A stretch of DNA of 64,000 nucleotides from Candidatus Latescibacterota bacterium (GTDB lineage: Bacteria; Latescibacterota; UBA2968; UBA8231). This document shows, one piece after another, positions 50,501 through 60,743 of this stretch (its first letter is position 1; each line of letters begins with the position of its first letter). Under the pieces are notes generated by a model. The model did no database searches and was not told where the DNA came from. It saw only the letters and a program-made list of their open reading frames with translations. The stretch spans positions 1,856,001-1,920,000 of the forward strand of contig OZ242214.1 in assembly GCA_965206595.1 (NCBI GenBank), read 5' to 3'. The translations under genes and the position numbers were made by a program.

Positions 50501-50515
50501 ATTGGCAAGGCTTGA
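47507..50515 (+). CDS. actB: alternative complex III subunit ActB (molybdopterin-oxidoreductase-like + Fe-S domain)
   Basis: YWRSLDEL, SRRNFLK TAT motif, GRPTKIEGNP.HP, CMGCNACSVAC, CQQCENAPC..VCP, CVGTRYCSNNCPY, EKCTYC. Confidence 0.93.
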   Translation: MTDQPVAISRKRLELREIRAALSKSGGRGYWRSLDELAATEEFRELLHREFPERASEWPDPVSRRNFLKVMGASLAFGGLTNCTIQPEEKIVPWVRAPENAIPGKPLYFATASTQGGVGTGILVESHMGRPTKIEGNPDHPASLGATDSVTQAVVLELYDPDRAQVVTNAGRISTWGSFVQSLTQKVDILRHKNGDGLRILTETVTSPTLGRQMQSLRDQLPAMQWHQYEPANRDATRAGSVLAYGEPVNTWFDFAKARVVLSLDADFCSSGPGAVRYARDFAAGRRVRDGKNGLNRLYAVETTPSPTGSMADHRLPLESSAIERFAAAVAQELGVQLERDVQMFEDTANWVPALVRDLKKNPGASIVVVGPHQSPAVHAIAHAINQALGNVGETVHYTDPLEVESVDQTESLTALVADMKAGEVDLLLIIGGNPVYDAPPDLDFPGALANVEFRAQLSLVADETSRACHWHVPQAHFLESWGDCRAYDGTVSIIQPLIKPLFNGKSPHDLLAVLAGESGKPTLDIVRKTWEDQLSQSDSFDRSWQTSLHDGLVVGSALSARKVNLRSSLLVPEGTGAVLDEENLELVVRPDPLLGGGRFSNNGWLQETPSPITKLTWDNAVLVSPATAEELGVENEQILELRREGRMVRAPVWIVPGQAERTLVVHLGYGRTRAGRVGDDAGFNAYPLTSSSGMWSTTDLKWAKTFDRQPLACTQDHHSMEDRHLVRHADLKHYEKNPHFVHEEAHDFPEELTLYNPDEFKSSTGYSWGMAIDLNACMGCNACSVACQAENNIPVVGKEEVLNGREMSWIRVDRYYTDLDDPEIYHQPVPCQQCENAPCELVCPVTATTHSEEGLNDMIYNRCVGTRYCSNNCPYKVRRFNFLQYSDRDTPSLKLQRNPDVTVRYRGVMEKCTYCTQRINAARIESKKTGDPIADGKIQTACQQACPTQAISFGNIEDPNSEVSRWKASDLNYGILTDLNTRPRTTYLGRVANPNPEIGKA

Positions 50516-50591
50516 AATGAGATTGGTGGGTCCGAAGGCCTGTTGCCCTTATGTACTAACGAAAGGCACATGATGAGGGGAAAGGTGCTAC

Positions 50592-51977
50592 ATGTCTGAA
50601 GCGGCACCGTCATCGGCAAAAAGCTATACTCCCCCAGCGCCGGAACTAGGTCCGGGTCAGACCTCCTACACGTCGATCACCGAAAAGATCAGTGGTGTCG
50701 TTCTGACGCGGGAGACCCCGATACCGTGGTTTCTTGCTGCCCTCGTGGGATTCATACTCGTAGGGCTGCTTCAGGTCGCGATCGCCTATCTACTGTACGA
50801 AGGAGTCGGGATCTGGGGCATTAATATCCCGATCGGGTGGGGTTTCGCCATTATCAACTTCGTCTGGTGGATCGGGATCGGACATGCAGGCACCCTGATC
50901 TCGGCAATTCTCCTTCTCTTCCGGCAGAAATGGCGCACATCGATCAATCGCTCCGCCGAGGCGATGACCATTTTCGCCGTCATGTGTGCAGGCATGTTTC
51001 CGCTGATCCACACCGGGCGGCCGTGGCTGGCGGCGTACTGGCTATTTCCCTATCCCAACTCGATGGATATCTGGCCGCAGTTTCGTAGCCCGTTGATCTG
51101 GGATGTATTTGCCGTCGGCACCTACTTAACGATCTCGCTTCTGTTCTGGATACTAGGCATGATTCCCGACTTTGCGACGTTCCGGGATCGTGCGAAACAC
51201 CGGGTTTCACAGGTGTTTTTCGGCATGCTGTCGATGGGGTGGCGCGGTTCGGCCATCCACTGGGAGCGCTACGAGATGGCTTCCCTGATGTTGGCGGGGC
51301 TGTCCACCCCGCTGGTGCTTTCCGTGCACAGCGTCGTCAGCCTCGATTTTGCGGTGTCGATAATACCGGGTTGGCATACTACCATTTTCCCGCCCTATTT
51401 CGTCGCAGGGGCGATTTACGCCGGTTTTGCCATGGTTCTAACGTTGATGATCCCCCTGCGACGGCTGTACGGCTTGGAGGACTTCATCACCGATCGACAC
51501 CTAGACAACATGGGAAAGGTGATGCTTGTTGCAGGGCTTATAGTGGCCTACGGGTACTTCATGGAGCAACTGATCGCGTGGTACAGTGCCAGCGTGTACG
51601 AGGGCTTCATGATGTCAAACCGCATGTACGGGCCGTACGGTCCCTACTACTGGCTGCTGATTCTGTGCAACATCGTGGTTCCTCAGTTGCTATGGTCAAA
51701 ACGGGTTCGCCTCAGCACCTTGTGGCTCTTCGTCGTGTCGATGTTCATCAACGTCGGAATGTGGCTGGAGCGCTTCATCATCGTCGTCGTCAGCCTCCAT
51801 CGCGATTACATGCCCTCTTCTTGGGACATGTACTATCCGACGATCTGGGACTGGGCGACCTATGCCGGCACGATCGGCTTCTTCCTGTTTGCCTTCTTCC
51901 TGTTCGTCCGCGTGTGGCCCTTGATAGCCATTCACGAGATCCGCACGCTGGTGCCGATCGAGAAAAAGAAGCACTGA
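50592..51977 (+). CDS. actC: alternative complex III NrfD-type quinol-binding subunit
   Basis: NFVWWIGIGHAGTLISA, H.GRPW, SPLIWD, PLVLSVHS, PGWHTTIFPPYF. Confidence 0.93.
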   Translation: MSEAAPSSAKSYTPPAPELGPGQTSYTSITEKISGVVLTRETPIPWFLAALVGFILVGLLQVAIAYLLYEGVGIWGINIPIGWGFAIINFVWWIGIGHAGTLISAILLLFRQKWRTSINRSAEAMTIFAVMCAGMFPLIHTGRPWLAAYWLFPYPNSMDIWPQFRSPLIWDVFAVGTYLTISLLFWILGMIPDFATFRDRAKHRVSQVFFGMLSMGWRGSAIHWERYEMASLMLAGLSTPLVLSVHSVVSLDFAVSIIPGWHTTIFPPYFVAGAIYAGFAMVLTLMIPLRRLYGLEDFITDRHLDNMGKVMLVAGLIVAYGYFMEQLIAWYSASVYEGFMMSNRMYGPYGPYYWLLILCNIVVPQLLWSKRVRLSTLWLFVVSMFINVGMWLERFIIVVVSLHRDYMPSSWDMYYPTIWDWATYAGTIGFFLFAFFLFVRVWPLIAIHEIRTLVPIEKKKH

Positions 51978-51984
51978 AGCGCCC

Positions 51985-52530
51985 ATGGATCATCCGACTG
52001 TATCGTCGACCTACGGCTTGATGGCCGAATTCGAGAACCCCGAGGATCTTCTCGCCGCAGCTCACAAGACGCACTCCGCCGGGTTCCGCCGCATCGACGC
52101 GTTTTCGCCGGTCCCGGTTCACGGATTGGCCGCGGCTATCGGATTTCATCGCACCAACTTGCCTGTCCTGACCTTTGTGTGCGGTCTCCTCGGGGCGGTT
52201 TGCGGATACGGTCTGCAATACTGGATCCATGTCATCGACTATCCTATTAATGTCGGGGGACGCCCACTGCACAGTGGTCCCTCCTTCATTCCGGTTACCT
52301 TCGAGTTGACGATCCTGTTCGCCGGAATAGGAACTTTCCTGGGCCTGTGGATCGCCAACCGCCTGCCCATGCCCTATCACCCGGTTTTCAACGTACCGGA
52401 GTTTGCCCGCGCCACTCAGGACCGATTTTTCCTTTGCATCGAGTCCACAGATCCGCAGTTCGACGCCGCCGAGACGCGCTCTTTTCTGCAGTCTCTCAAC
52501 CCGGTGAAAATCTCCAATGTCGATCCTTGA
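51985..52530 (+). CDS. actD: alternative complex III subunit ActD (DUF3341)
   Basis: MAEF, DAFSP.PVHG, YP.NVGGRP, FIPVTFELTIL. Confidence 0.9.
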   Translation: MDHPTVSSTYGLMAEFENPEDLLAAAHKTHSAGFRRIDAFSPVPVHGLAAAIGFHRTNLPVLTFVCGLLGAVCGYGLQYWIHVIDYPINVGGRPLHSGPSFIPVTFELTILFAGIGTFLGLWIANRLPMPYHPVFNVPEFARATQDRFFLCIESTDPQFDAAETRSFLQSLNPVKISNVDP

Positions 52531-53158
52531 CAGACGCGGACTCACAACCCTGAACGATACACTCCGCCGGCCCTCGTCGCGGATTCCGGACTGTTGTTTT
52601 GGAGCGGTTGTCGCGGTGTTGACAGTGCTGGTTGCCTCCGGTTGCGAATTGCGGCAGGCGATGTACGATCAACCACGTTACGAACCGCTGGAGGCATCCC
52701 CTTTCTTCGAAGATGGGCTATCATCCCGGCAACCGGTCGAAGGCACAGTTGCGCGTGGCCATCTTCGGCTCGATGACCACTATTTCCGAGGCACCGTCAA
52801 CGGAGAACCGGCCACGACCGTCCCAATTCCCGTTACACGCGACCTGCTGGAACGGGGAAGAGAACGTTACGACATCTTCTGCTCCCCTTGTCACGACCGA
52901 ACAGGCACAGGAAACGGAATGATCGTCAAGCGGGGGCTCAAACAGCCCCCTTCCTATCACGAGGACCGGCTTCGGGAGGCTTCGATCGGCCACTTCTTCG
53001 ACGTGATGACCAACGGATTCGGCGCGATGTACAGTTATGCTTCCCGCATCCCCGTAAACGATCGTTGGGCGATCGCAGCTTACGTGCGCACTCTGCAGTT
53101 CAGCCAGGACGCCGACTTTGACGGTCTGCCTGCTGAAGACAAGGCGCAGCTTCAATGA
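52517..53158 (+). CDS. actE: alternative complex III monoheme cytochrome c lipoprotein
   Basis: ASGC lipobox, M.DQPR, GTVARG, CSPCH, G.GAM, DRWAI.AY.R.LQ. Confidence 0.9.
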   Translation: MSILDRRGLTTLNDTLRRPSSRIPDCCFGAVVAVLTVLVASGCELRQAMYDQPRYEPLEASPFFEDGLSSRQPVEGTVARGHLRLDDHYFRGTVNGEPATTVPIPVTRDLLERGRERYDIFCSPCHDRTGTGNGMIVKRGLKQPPSYHEDRLREASIGHFFDVMTNGFGAMYSYASRIPVNDRWAIAAYVRTLQFSQDADFDGLPAEDKAQLQ

Positions 53159-54366
53159 ACGCAGAACTGATTCGCCAGAGCGAGGCTCTAGGTCCCGATT
53201 TCACCTCGTTCGCTAGGCGTGCCCTCGTGGTAGGGGTGATAGGGATAGCACTTGCCCTGCTCGCTTACGCAACGCATCAGGAGCAGTTCTTCAAATCCTA
53301 TTTGCTCGCCTTCATTTACTGGGTCAGTCTGAGTCTCGGCTGCATGGTCGTCCTGATGATCCACCACCTCGCCGGGGGCCGCTGGGGGTTCGCTATCAGA
53401 CGCCTTCTTGAAGCGGGCACCCGCACCCTGCCCCTGATGTTCCTACTTGCCGTTCCTCTCGCCTTCGGCATTCACGAATTGTACGAGTGGTCGCACGAGG
53501 AAGTGGTCGCCAACGACCCTGTTCTCCAGAAAAAGACGGCCTTCCTGAACCCAACGTTCTTCATAATCAGGACGGTCCTTTATTTCGCAATCTGGGGAAC
53601 GCTCGCTTTTTTCCTGAATCGCTGGTCTGCCCAGCAGGACATTTCCGATCAGACTCACCCGACACGCAGACTGCAGGTACTCAGCGGCCCAGGCGTCGTA
53701 ATTTTCGTGGTGGTAACAACATTTGCTGCCATCGACTGGATCATGTCGCTTGAGCCCCACTGGTTCTCCACCATCTACGCCGCAATCTACATCATCGGCC
53801 AGATCCTGTTGACTTGGGCCTTCATGATCCTCATCGCAGTCAGTTTGTCCAAACGCCCCCCGCTCAATGCGCTGTTGACGAACGAGCGCCTTAGAGATCT
53901 GGGAACTCTGATGCTCGGCTTCGTGATGTTGTGGGCGTACACCTCCTTTTCCCAGCTGCTGATAATCTGGGCCGGCAATCTTCCCGAGGAAATCACCTGG
54001 TATTACACTCGCCTCAAAGGAGGTTGGGAGAATGTCGGGTACGCACTCATTCTCCTGCATTTCGCCTTGCCGTTTGTTCTCTTGGTTTCGAGCCGGATCA
54101 AGGCGAGAATTCCCGTGCTCTGTACCTTGGCCACGGGCATTATCGTCATGCGTCTGGTCGATTTGTTCTGGATCACCGCGCCGGCACTGGGCAAACCTGA
54201 GCTCGCCCTCAGCTGGATGGACATATCCATCCCTGTCGGTTTGGGAGGATTGTGGTTCTACGTGTTTTTCGGGCAACTCAAGAAACGATCACTGGTACCG
54301 CTGAACGACCCGCGTTTCAATTTCGAAGAGATAGCTGCCGAGGCAGACGAGGATCACCATGGCTGA
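53155..54366 (+). CDS. actF: alternative complex III membrane subunit ActF
   Basis: multi-TM; DWIMSLEPHWFST, WAY..FSQ...IW.GNLPEE. Confidence 0.9.
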   Translation: MNAELIRQSEALGPDFTSFARRALVVGVIGIALALLAYATHQEQFFKSYLLAFIYWVSLSLGCMVVLMIHHLAGGRWGFAIRRLLEAGTRTLPLMFLLAVPLAFGIHELYEWSHEEVVANDPVLQKKTAFLNPTFFIIRTVLYFAIWGTLAFFLNRWSAQQDISDQTHPTRRLQVLSGPGVVIFVVVTTFAAIDWIMSLEPHWFSTIYAAIYIIGQILLTWAFMILIAVSLSKRPPLNALLTNERLRDLGTLMLGFVMLWAYTSFSQLLIIWAGNLPEEITWYYTRLKGGWENVGYALILLHFALPFVLLVSSRIKARIPVLCTLATGIIVMRLVDLFWITAPALGKPELALSWMDISIPVGLGGLWFYVFFGQLKKRSLVPLNDPRFNFEEIAAEADEDHHG

Positions 54367-54781
54367 GCACGAGGCTGATCACCATACCTCGGAAGCCGCC
54401 GGACACGAGATCACCGATGCTGCTCCGAAACCGCTTGTCAACGTCGGCATAGCAATGGCCGTGCTCGTAACCGGTACTTTCATCGGCATTGTCGTTCTTT
54501 TCAAGGTGCTCAACTACTACCAGCCGCTTTTGGAACCCGATCCTCATCCCCTTTCACAGACTCGGGCTGTGAGCTCCGAACCCAGGATTCAGGTAGATCC
54601 TCCCAAACAGAAACGGTCGCTGCGGGAGATAGAGGATCACGTCCTGAGAACCTACGACTGGGTCGACCGCGACCAGGGAAGGGTGCGGCTCCCGATTGCT
54701 CGGGCGATCGAAATACTCGCTGCGCGGGGTCTCCCGGAAAAAACCAGCAGTGTCGTACCGACCGACGAGGCGGAGAAATAG
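54359..54781 (+). CDS. small single-TM ACIII-associated protein (ActG-like position)
   Basis: HE..D, TM, P.PRIQ, YDWVD....VR.PI.RA; position between actF and SCO. Confidence 0.7.
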   Translation: MAEHEADHHTSEAAGHEITDAAPKPLVNVGIAMAVLVTGTFIGIVVLFKVLNYYQPLLEPDPHPLSQTRAVSSEPRIQVDPPKQKRSLREIEDHVLRTYDWVDRDQGRVRLPIARAIEILAARGLPEKTSSVVPTDEAEK

Positions 54782-54784
54782 CAG

Positions 54785-55648
54785 ATGGCGGCTCCCGGAA
54801 CGCTGATGCGGGAAAAATCTGGGGCGGTGCTGATAGCCGCTGCTATGCTGGCTTTGTCTCCGGCTGAAGCTCAGCGACTGGAGAACGGGGTCGGGGACGA
54901 CATCGGTATTGAACAGCGCCTGGGAGAGCATTTGCCGCTCGGCTTGACGTTTGTGGACGAAACGGGCCGAACCGTCGCCCTCGGCGACTATTTCGGCGCC
55001 AAACCGGTAGTGTTGACGCTGGTGTACTACGAGTGCCCGATGTTGTGCACCCAAGTGCTCAACGGACTGTTGCGCAGCCTCAGGGTGCTGGCTTTCAGCG
55101 TGGGAGAGGAATTTGACGTCGTCACTGTGAGTATCGACCCAGGAGAAAATGCTTCCTTGGCCGCTGCAAAGAAACGGGAATACAGCGAAAAATACCGCCG
55201 AGGGACAGGCTTCAACGGGTGGCATTTCCTGACCGGGACAAATGAGAAGATCGAACAGCTTGCTGAGTCAGTTGGGTTTCGTTACCAGTACGACGAAGAG
55301 ACGGATCTCTATACTCACGCTAGTGGGATCATGATCGTCACGCCACAGGGTGAACTCTCCCGGTACTTCTACGGAGTCGAATACGCACCAAAAGATCTCC
55401 GGCTCGGACTGATCGAGGCTTCCGAGAATCGCATCGGAAATCCGGTTGACCAGATTCTTTTGCTCTGTTTTCAGTACGATCCGGCAACTGGCAAATACAC
55501 CCTCGCAGTTCTCAACTCCCTTCGCGTTGCGGGGGTCGTCACAGTTTTCGGGCTAGCGGTATGTGTCGGTGCCATGCTGCGGCGAGAGCGGCGTCATCCC
55601 GGGCCGCTGGAAGGGAACGGCGTCTCGCCGCTCGCGAACACCAACTAA
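54785..55648 (+). CDS. SCO1/SenC family copper chaperone
   Basis: YYECPMLC (CxxxC), WHFLTG, conserved His. Confidence 0.9.
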   Translation: MAAPGTLMREKSGAVLIAAAMLALSPAEAQRLENGVGDDIGIEQRLGEHLPLGLTFVDETGRTVALGDYFGAKPVVLTLVYYECPMLCTQVLNGLLRSLRVLAFSVGEEFDVVTVSIDPGENASLAAAKKREYSEKYRRGTGFNGWHFLTGTNEKIEQLAESVGFRYQYDEETDLYTHASGIMIVTPQGELSRYFYGVEYAPKDLRLGLIEASENRIGNPVDQILLLCFQYDPATGKYTLAVLNSLRVAGVVTVFGLAVCVGAMLRRERRHPGPLEGNGVSPLANTN

Positions 55649-55663
55649 GCCGCCAATTCGCCA

Positions 55664-56599
55664 ATGTCGAAAGAATTCCAACTGCACCCGGAACTCGCCT
55701 CCACGTTCGCGTGGCAGGTGGACGCGTTGTACTTCCTGCTGGTGGCTTTGTCGGTGCTATTTACTGCAGGAGTTACCGGCGCCATCGTCGTGTTTGCGAT
55801 CAAGTACAGGCGCCGCTCGGACGATGAACGTCCGAAGCCCGTCCATGGCTCGATTCCATTGGAGCTGGCCTGGAGCATCGTTCCCCTTGTCATGTCCCTA
55901 GGGGTATTCACCCTCGGCGCCGACGTCTATTTCCGGCTTTACCGCATGCCCGGGGACGGCATCGACGTCTACGCAATTGGGAAACAGTGGATGTGGAAAA
56001 TCCAGCATCCCCAGGGAAAGCGAGAGATCAACGAGCTCCATGTTCCAATCGGTGTTCCCGTGCGCATGACGCTGACGTCCGAAGACGTAATCCATGCTTT
56101 CTCGGTCCCAGCCTTCCGCACAAAGCGGGATGTAGTACCGGGCCGCTACACGACCATGTGGTTCGAGGCGACGAAGCTGGGTGAGTACCACCTTTTCTGC
56201 GCCGAGTATTGCGGCACACAGCACTCGACCATGGTTGGGAAGGTCGTAGTGATGGAGCCCGACGCGTACCAGAATTGGTTGAGTGGCGGTGTTGGTGGCG
56301 AAACCATGGCAGAAGCGGGCGAGCGCCAGTTCCAGCAACTGGGTTGCCATACATGTCACAAGGCGGAATCGATCGGGCGAGGACCTACTTTGGTGGGCGT
56401 CTTCGGCAATCCAGTGCAGCTCGAGTCGGGAGAGACTGTGGTCGCTGACGAGTCCTATATTCGCGAGTCGGTGCTGAACCCGCAGACGAAGATCGTAAAC
56501 GGATACAAACCGATCATGCCGACGTTCCAGGGACAGATAAGCGAAGAAACTTTGCTCCAGATCATCACCTACATCAAATCTCTCAGCGAGAGCGAATAG
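55664..56599 (+). CDS. coxB: cytochrome c oxidase subunit II with fused cytochrome c (caa3 type)
   Basis: QWMW, DVIH, CAEYCGTQHSTM (CuA), CHTCH, MP. Confidence 0.94.
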   Translation: MSKEFQLHPELASTFAWQVDALYFLLVALSVLFTAGVTGAIVVFAIKYRRRSDDERPKPVHGSIPLELAWSIVPLVMSLGVFTLGADVYFRLYRMPGDGIDVYAIGKQWMWKIQHPQGKREINELHVPIGVPVRMTLTSEDVIHAFSVPAFRTKRDVVPGRYTTMWFEATKLGEYHLFCAEYCGTQHSTMVGKVVVMEPDAYQNWLSGGVGGETMAEAGERQFQQLGCHTCHKAESIGRGPTLVGVFGNPVQLESGETVVADESYIRESVLNPQTKIVNGYKPIMPTFQGQISEETLLQIITYIKSLSESE

Positions 56600-56635
56600 T
56601 ATGCAGCGATCGCGTACAACCGAGGCGGTGTCGCC

Positions 56636-58312
56636 ATGACAACTACCGTGGCTGAGACAGTGGGCAACGGTCGGCCGTCCAACTACCTGAACGCCTCCTA
56701 CGGCATTAAGTCCTGGCTCCTGACGATGGATCACAAACGGGTCGGGATTCTCTATCTCCTCGTTCTTACCTTGTTCTTCCTGATCGGCGGCGTCTTTGCC
56801 TCGCTGATCAGGATCGAGCTTCTGACCCCGGAAGGCGACCTGGTCGAGGCGGAAACGTACAACAAGCTATTCACGATGCACGGCGTGGCGATGATCTTCT
56901 TCTTTCTCATTCCGTCTGTGCCGGCCGTGCTCGGAAACTTCTGCATTCCGTTACAGATCGGCGCCCGGGACGTCGCGTTTCCCAAAATCAATCTCACGAG
57001 CTGGTACTGCTACGTAGTCGGAGGTTCTTTTGCGACCTTGGCGATCATCATGGGAGGCGTCGATACCGGCTGGACCTTCTACACCCCATACAGCAGCACC
57101 TATTCCAACTCCTTCGTGATTCTCGCATTGGTTGGGGTGTTCATCAATGGTTTTTCGTCGATTCTGACGGGGGTCAACTTTCTCACCACTGTTCACAAGA
57201 TGCGCGCTCCCGGAATGACGTGGTTCCGCCTGCCGCTTTTCATCTGGGCACAGTACGCAACCAGCCTGATCATGGTCCTGGGAACCCCAGTGGTAGCGAT
57301 CACCCTTCTACTTCTCGCTTTGGAGCGCGGCTTCGGTATCGGCATCTTTGACCCTGCTCTTGGCGGTGATCCGGTTCTATTCCAGCACATGTTCTGGTTC
57401 TACTCGCACCCTGCCGTTTACATCATGATCGTGCCCGGGTTCGGGGTAATCAGCGATGTCATCGCCTGCTTCTGTCGCAAGCGGGTTTTCGGATACTCCT
57501 TTGTGGCGTTCTCGAGTCTGGCGATCGCGGTACTGGGATTCCTCGTCTGGGGACACCACATGTTCACGACCGGGCAATCGCTGTATGCAGGCATGGTGTT
57601 CTCGTTCATAACCTTTCTGATCGCCGTTCCCACGGCGGTTAAAATTTTCAACTGGACGGCGACGATGTATCGCGGCTCGGTCTCGCTTGAGTCACCGATG
57701 CTGTATGCCCTCGGCTTCATCGGCCTGTTTCTGATCGGCGGACTGACGGGACTATTCCTTTCTACTCTGGGCACCGTTATTCACTTGCACGACACCTACT
57801 TCATCGTCGCCCATTTTCACTACGTGATGGTCGGCGGCATGGTGATGGCCTTCATGAGTGGCCTGCACTTCTGGTGGCCGAAAATTACAGGCCGTATGTA
57901 CTCCGAAGGGTGGGGCAAAATAGGTGCGGTGCTGATTTTCGCCGGCTTCAACTTCACCTTCTTCCCCCAGTTCGTGCTCGGTTACCTCGGCATGCCTCGC
58001 CGATACCACGTGTATCCCGAGGAATGGCAGATCCTGCACGTGATGTCCACTGCCGGAGCCTCCGTGCTTGGAGTCGGGTACGCAGTAATGATGAATACCC
58101 TTGTCTGGTCGCTCTTCAGAGGTCGGCGGGCAGACGCCAATCCGTGGAAAGCAAAAGGGCTGGAGTGGGAATTGCTTGCCTCGCCTCCCCCGGCGCACAA
58201 TTTCGAAAGGACGCCAATAGTTACTTCCGAAGCGTACGCTTACGAAGAAGAAGACGTGACTCTGGCAGAACCGCACCAAGTTGGCGTGCCCAGGGAAACT
58301 GCCCACCCATGA
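56636..58312 (+). CDS. coxA: cytochrome c oxidase subunit I, A2 type
   Basis: [26 protein letters not shown] (YS motif), WGHHM, HDTYF..AHFHY, MPRR. Confidence 0.96.
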   Translation: MTTTVAETVGNGRPSNYLNASYGIKSWLLTMDHKRVGILYLLVLTLFFLIGGVFASLIRIELLTPEGDLVEAETYNKLFTMHGVAMIFFFLIPSVPAVLGNFCIPLQIGARDVAFPKINLTSWYCYVVGGSFATLAIIMGGVDTGWTFYTPYSSTYSNSFVILALVGVFINGFSSILTGVNFLTTVHKMRAPGMTWFRLPLFIWAQYATSLIMVLGTPVVAITLLLLALERGFGIGIFDPALGGDPVLFQHMFWFYSHPAVYIMIVPGFGVISDVIACFCRKRVFGYSFVAFSSLAIAVLGFLVWGHHMFTTGQSLYAGMVFSFITFLIAVPTAVKIFNWTATMYRGSVSLESPMLYALGFIGLFLIGGLTGLFLSTLGTVIHLHDTYFIVAHFHYVMVGGMVMAFMSGLHFWWPKITGRMYSEGWGKIGAVLIFAGFNFTFFPQFVLGYLGMPRRYHVYPEEWQILHVMSTAGASVLGVGYAVMMNTLVWSLFRGRRADANPWKAKGLEWELLASPPPAHNFERTPIVTSEAYAYEEEDVTLAEPHQVGVPRETAHP

Positions 58313-58977
58313 CCACTCACGCTCATCCCGCCGGACTGAATCACCAGTTCGACGACCTGCAGCAGCAGTACGCCGCGTCCAACATGGGGATGTGGGCATT
58401 CATTGCGCAGGAGATCATGTTCTTTGGGGGGCTTTTCGGGGCCTATACGGTGTACCGCTACCAGTACCTGCCGGCCTTCACAGAGGGAAGCAACCACCTT
58501 TCAATCGGTTGGGGAGCCTTCAACACCGCAGTTCTGATTGGCAGCAGTTTTACGGTAGCGATGTGCGTGCGGGCAGCGCAACAGGGGAGCAGCCGCGGAA
58601 TGTTGAGGTGGTTGCTCGGAACCATGGTCCTGGGTTTGACGTTTCTGGGAGTCAAGGTCATCGAGTACTCGGACAAGATTCACCATCACTTGGTTCCCGG
58701 GTTGAACTTTCAATACGATGGGCAGCTGGCCGGCAACATGAAGATCTTCTTCTCCTTTTATTTCGCGATGACCGGCATGCACGCTTTGCATATGATTATC
58801 GGGGTGGGAATCATGCTCTGGTTGATCCCCAATATCCTGAAGGGCAGATACACCAAGGATTACTTTTTTCCGATCGAAAACTTCGGGCTCTACTGGCACT
58901 TCGTAGACATCGTCTGGATTTTCCTTTTCCCTCTGCTCTACCTCATCGGACGCGACCCATGGATTCAAGTCATGTAG
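58309..58977 (+). CDS. coxC: cytochrome c oxidase subunit III
   Basis: GMW.F...[33 protein letters not shown]. Confidence 0.93.
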   Translation: MTTHAHPAGLNHQFDDLQQQYAASNMGMWAFIAQEIMFFGGLFGAYTVYRYQYLPAFTEGSNHLSIGWGAFNTAVLIGSSFTVAMCVRAAQQGSSRGMLRWLLGTMVLGLTFLGVKVIEYSDKIHHHLVPGLNFQYDGQLAGNMKIFFSFYFAMTGMHALHMIIGVGIMLWLIPNILKGRYTKDYFFPIENFGLYWHFVDIVWIFLFPLLYLIGRDPWIQVM

Positions 58978-59285
58978 TCCCGGTAAGGGTATATATCATT
59001 GTACTGAGCCTACTGTTCGTGTTCACTGTTGTCACGGTGCTCGCGGCCTTCCTCGAACTCGGCCCGCTCAATACCCCACTGGCTCTGTCAATCGCCATAT
59101 TCAAGGCCTCCATAGTCGTCTTGTTCTTCATGCACGTGCGCTACAACACGCCGCTGATGTGGGTTTTCGCCGGTGCAGGTTTTTTCTGGCTGCTTATTCT
59201 TCTCGCGTTGACGATGCAGGACTATGTCTCGCGTGACTGGGAAACGCCTGCCCCGATCGAGTTCCTCGATATCAGGTCGCAATAG
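58959..59285 (+). CDS. cytochrome c oxidase subunit IV (caa3-type)
   Basis: Y..V...L..FTV.TV, IA.FKA..V.LFFMHV. Confidence 0.88.
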   Translation: MDSSHVVPVRVYIIVLSLLFVFTVVTVLAAFLELGPLNTPLALSIAIFKASIVVLFFMHVRYNTPLMWVFAGAGFFWLLILLALTMQDYVSRDWETPAPIEFLDIRSQ

Positions 59286-59303
59286 AGTCTTTCGAACTAC
59301 CAG

Positions 59304-59341
59304 AAAAAAGCCCCGTCACCGACAAGGTGGCGGGGCTTTTT
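59304..59341. terminator. bidirectional rho-independent terminator
   Basis: AAAAAAGCCCCGTCACC-GACAA-GGTGGCGGGGCTTTTT between convergent genes. Confidence 0.88.
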
Positions 59342-59382
59342 CAAATTCTGGTATAGTGTTGGGTTATGGCCCTGACAGCACG

Positions 59383-59769
59383 TCAGACGAGGTCGTCATC
59401 GAGAAGACCTGTAGACCGCACCAGTGCCAAAATCGCCGAATGCGGCACTACGACGTATTTCTCGCTGTCGAACTTGATTTCAACCGCTTCCTTACGAGCA
59501 AAAATTGCGTGATCCCCTTTCTGGGCTTGCAGGGGGATAAACCGCATGTGTTCCATATTTTCCGATGCCCACGGCATTTCGTCCTCGTCCGTTCTTGGAG
59601 GCAACGGGATTCCCGGTCCCACCTCTTCCACCTTGCCTGACTGGACATTCTCCTTCTCGAGAGCGGTCGGAGGGAGGTAAAGTCCCACCTCGGTCCGTTC
59701 CTCGTGCTCGTTGAGTTTGATAAGCACGCGATCCCCCACTACGATCAATTCTTTGTCGCCGCGAATCAT
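59383..59769 (-). CDS. GroES-family co-chaperonin paralog (orphan, with loop insertion)
   Basis: GDRVLIK, T..GLYLP.TA.EK...SG.V..VGPG, GD...F. Confidence 0.82.
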   Translation of the reverse strand: MIRGDKELIVVGDRVLIKLNEHEERTEVGLYLPPTALEKENVQSGKVEEVGPGIPLPPRTDEDEMPWASENMEHMRFIPLQAQKGDHAIFARKEAVEIKFDSEKYVVVPHSAILALVRSTGLLDDDLV

Positions 59770-60011
59770 TTAACTGCGCAAATCCTTATTCAGAAACCGG
59801 GTCTGCTGTCTTGATGTAGTGTAGATACTGCAATTCGGTTTCCAGAAAATAGTGGAAAATCTGCTGTGACTCAACGATCCGTCCGGTTCCTTCTCATGGC
59901 CTTCGATACTCCTGGCCGCAATGTAAGATGAGCGAGGCAGCAGGGTCCAACTCCAACGCACGGGGAAGAAAGGCCTGGAGAATTCGGCTTGACTTCTGCT
60001 CGCAACACAGA

Positions 60012-60743
60012 TTATTCAGCACCGGCGACTGCCGCGCCTACGATTCCGGCTTCGTTGCGAAGCTGTGCGGGAACGACTCGAGCGTCGAGTTCCAGTTGGG
60101 GAATAAACTTCTCGTGCTTCCTGCTTGCCCCGCCCCCGATGATGATCAGATCGGGAGAGAGGTAGAACTCCATCTTCTGCAGGTAAAGATTGACCTGCTT
60201 GGCCCATTTCTTCCAGCCAAGCTTCCTCTTTTTTCGCACACTGTCCGCAGCCCAGTATTCGGCGTCGTGCCCTTTAAGCTCGACATGTCCGAACTCGGTG
60301 TTGGGAACAAGGGTTCCGTCGATGAACAGTGCAGATCCTATCCCGGTGCCCAGGGTGAGCAGGAGAATGGTGCCCACTTCGTCCTTCCCTGCTCCGAATC
60401 GAGATTCGGCAAGGCCGGCGACATCCGCGTCGTTGAGTACTCTGAAAGAGCATCCGGTAACTTCGTCAAGGTTCTCTTTGACGTTTTTCCCGAGCCATTT
60501 CCTGGAGACATGGGCGGCGCTTCGAACAACGCCCTGGCGGATTATTCCCGGAAATCCGCAACCCACCTGCCCGGACCACCCGAAGTGGGCGACCACCTCG
60601 GAAACTGTTCTGCAAAGGGAATTCGGAGTCGCCGGTTTCGGCGTTAGGAGGCGAAAGCGCTCGCGAACGATCTGACCGGTCGCTGTATCTACGACAGCTC
60701 CCTTGATTCCGGTGCCGCCGATGTCGATCCCGAGAACTTCCAT
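60012..60743 (-). CDS. ppgK: polyphosphate glucokinase (ROK family)
   Basis: [15 protein letters not shown]...[41 protein letters not shown]. Confidence 0.88.
   Translation of the reverse strand: MEVLGIDIGGTGIKGAVVDTATGQIVRERFRLLTPKPATPNSLCRTVSEVVAHFGWSGQVGCGFPGIIRQGVVRSAAHVSRKWLGKNVKENLDEVTGCSFRVLNDADVAGLAESRFGAGKDEVGTILLLTLGTGIGSALFIDGTLVPNTEFGHVELKGHDAEYWAADSVRKKRKLGWKKWAKQVNLYLQKMEFYLSPDLIIIGGGASRKHEKFIPQLELDARVVPAQLRNEAGIVGAAVAGAE

Noticed and set aside
59770-60011. CIRCE element upstream of the groES-like gene
   Set aside because: TTAGCACTC-N9-GAGTGCTAA not found
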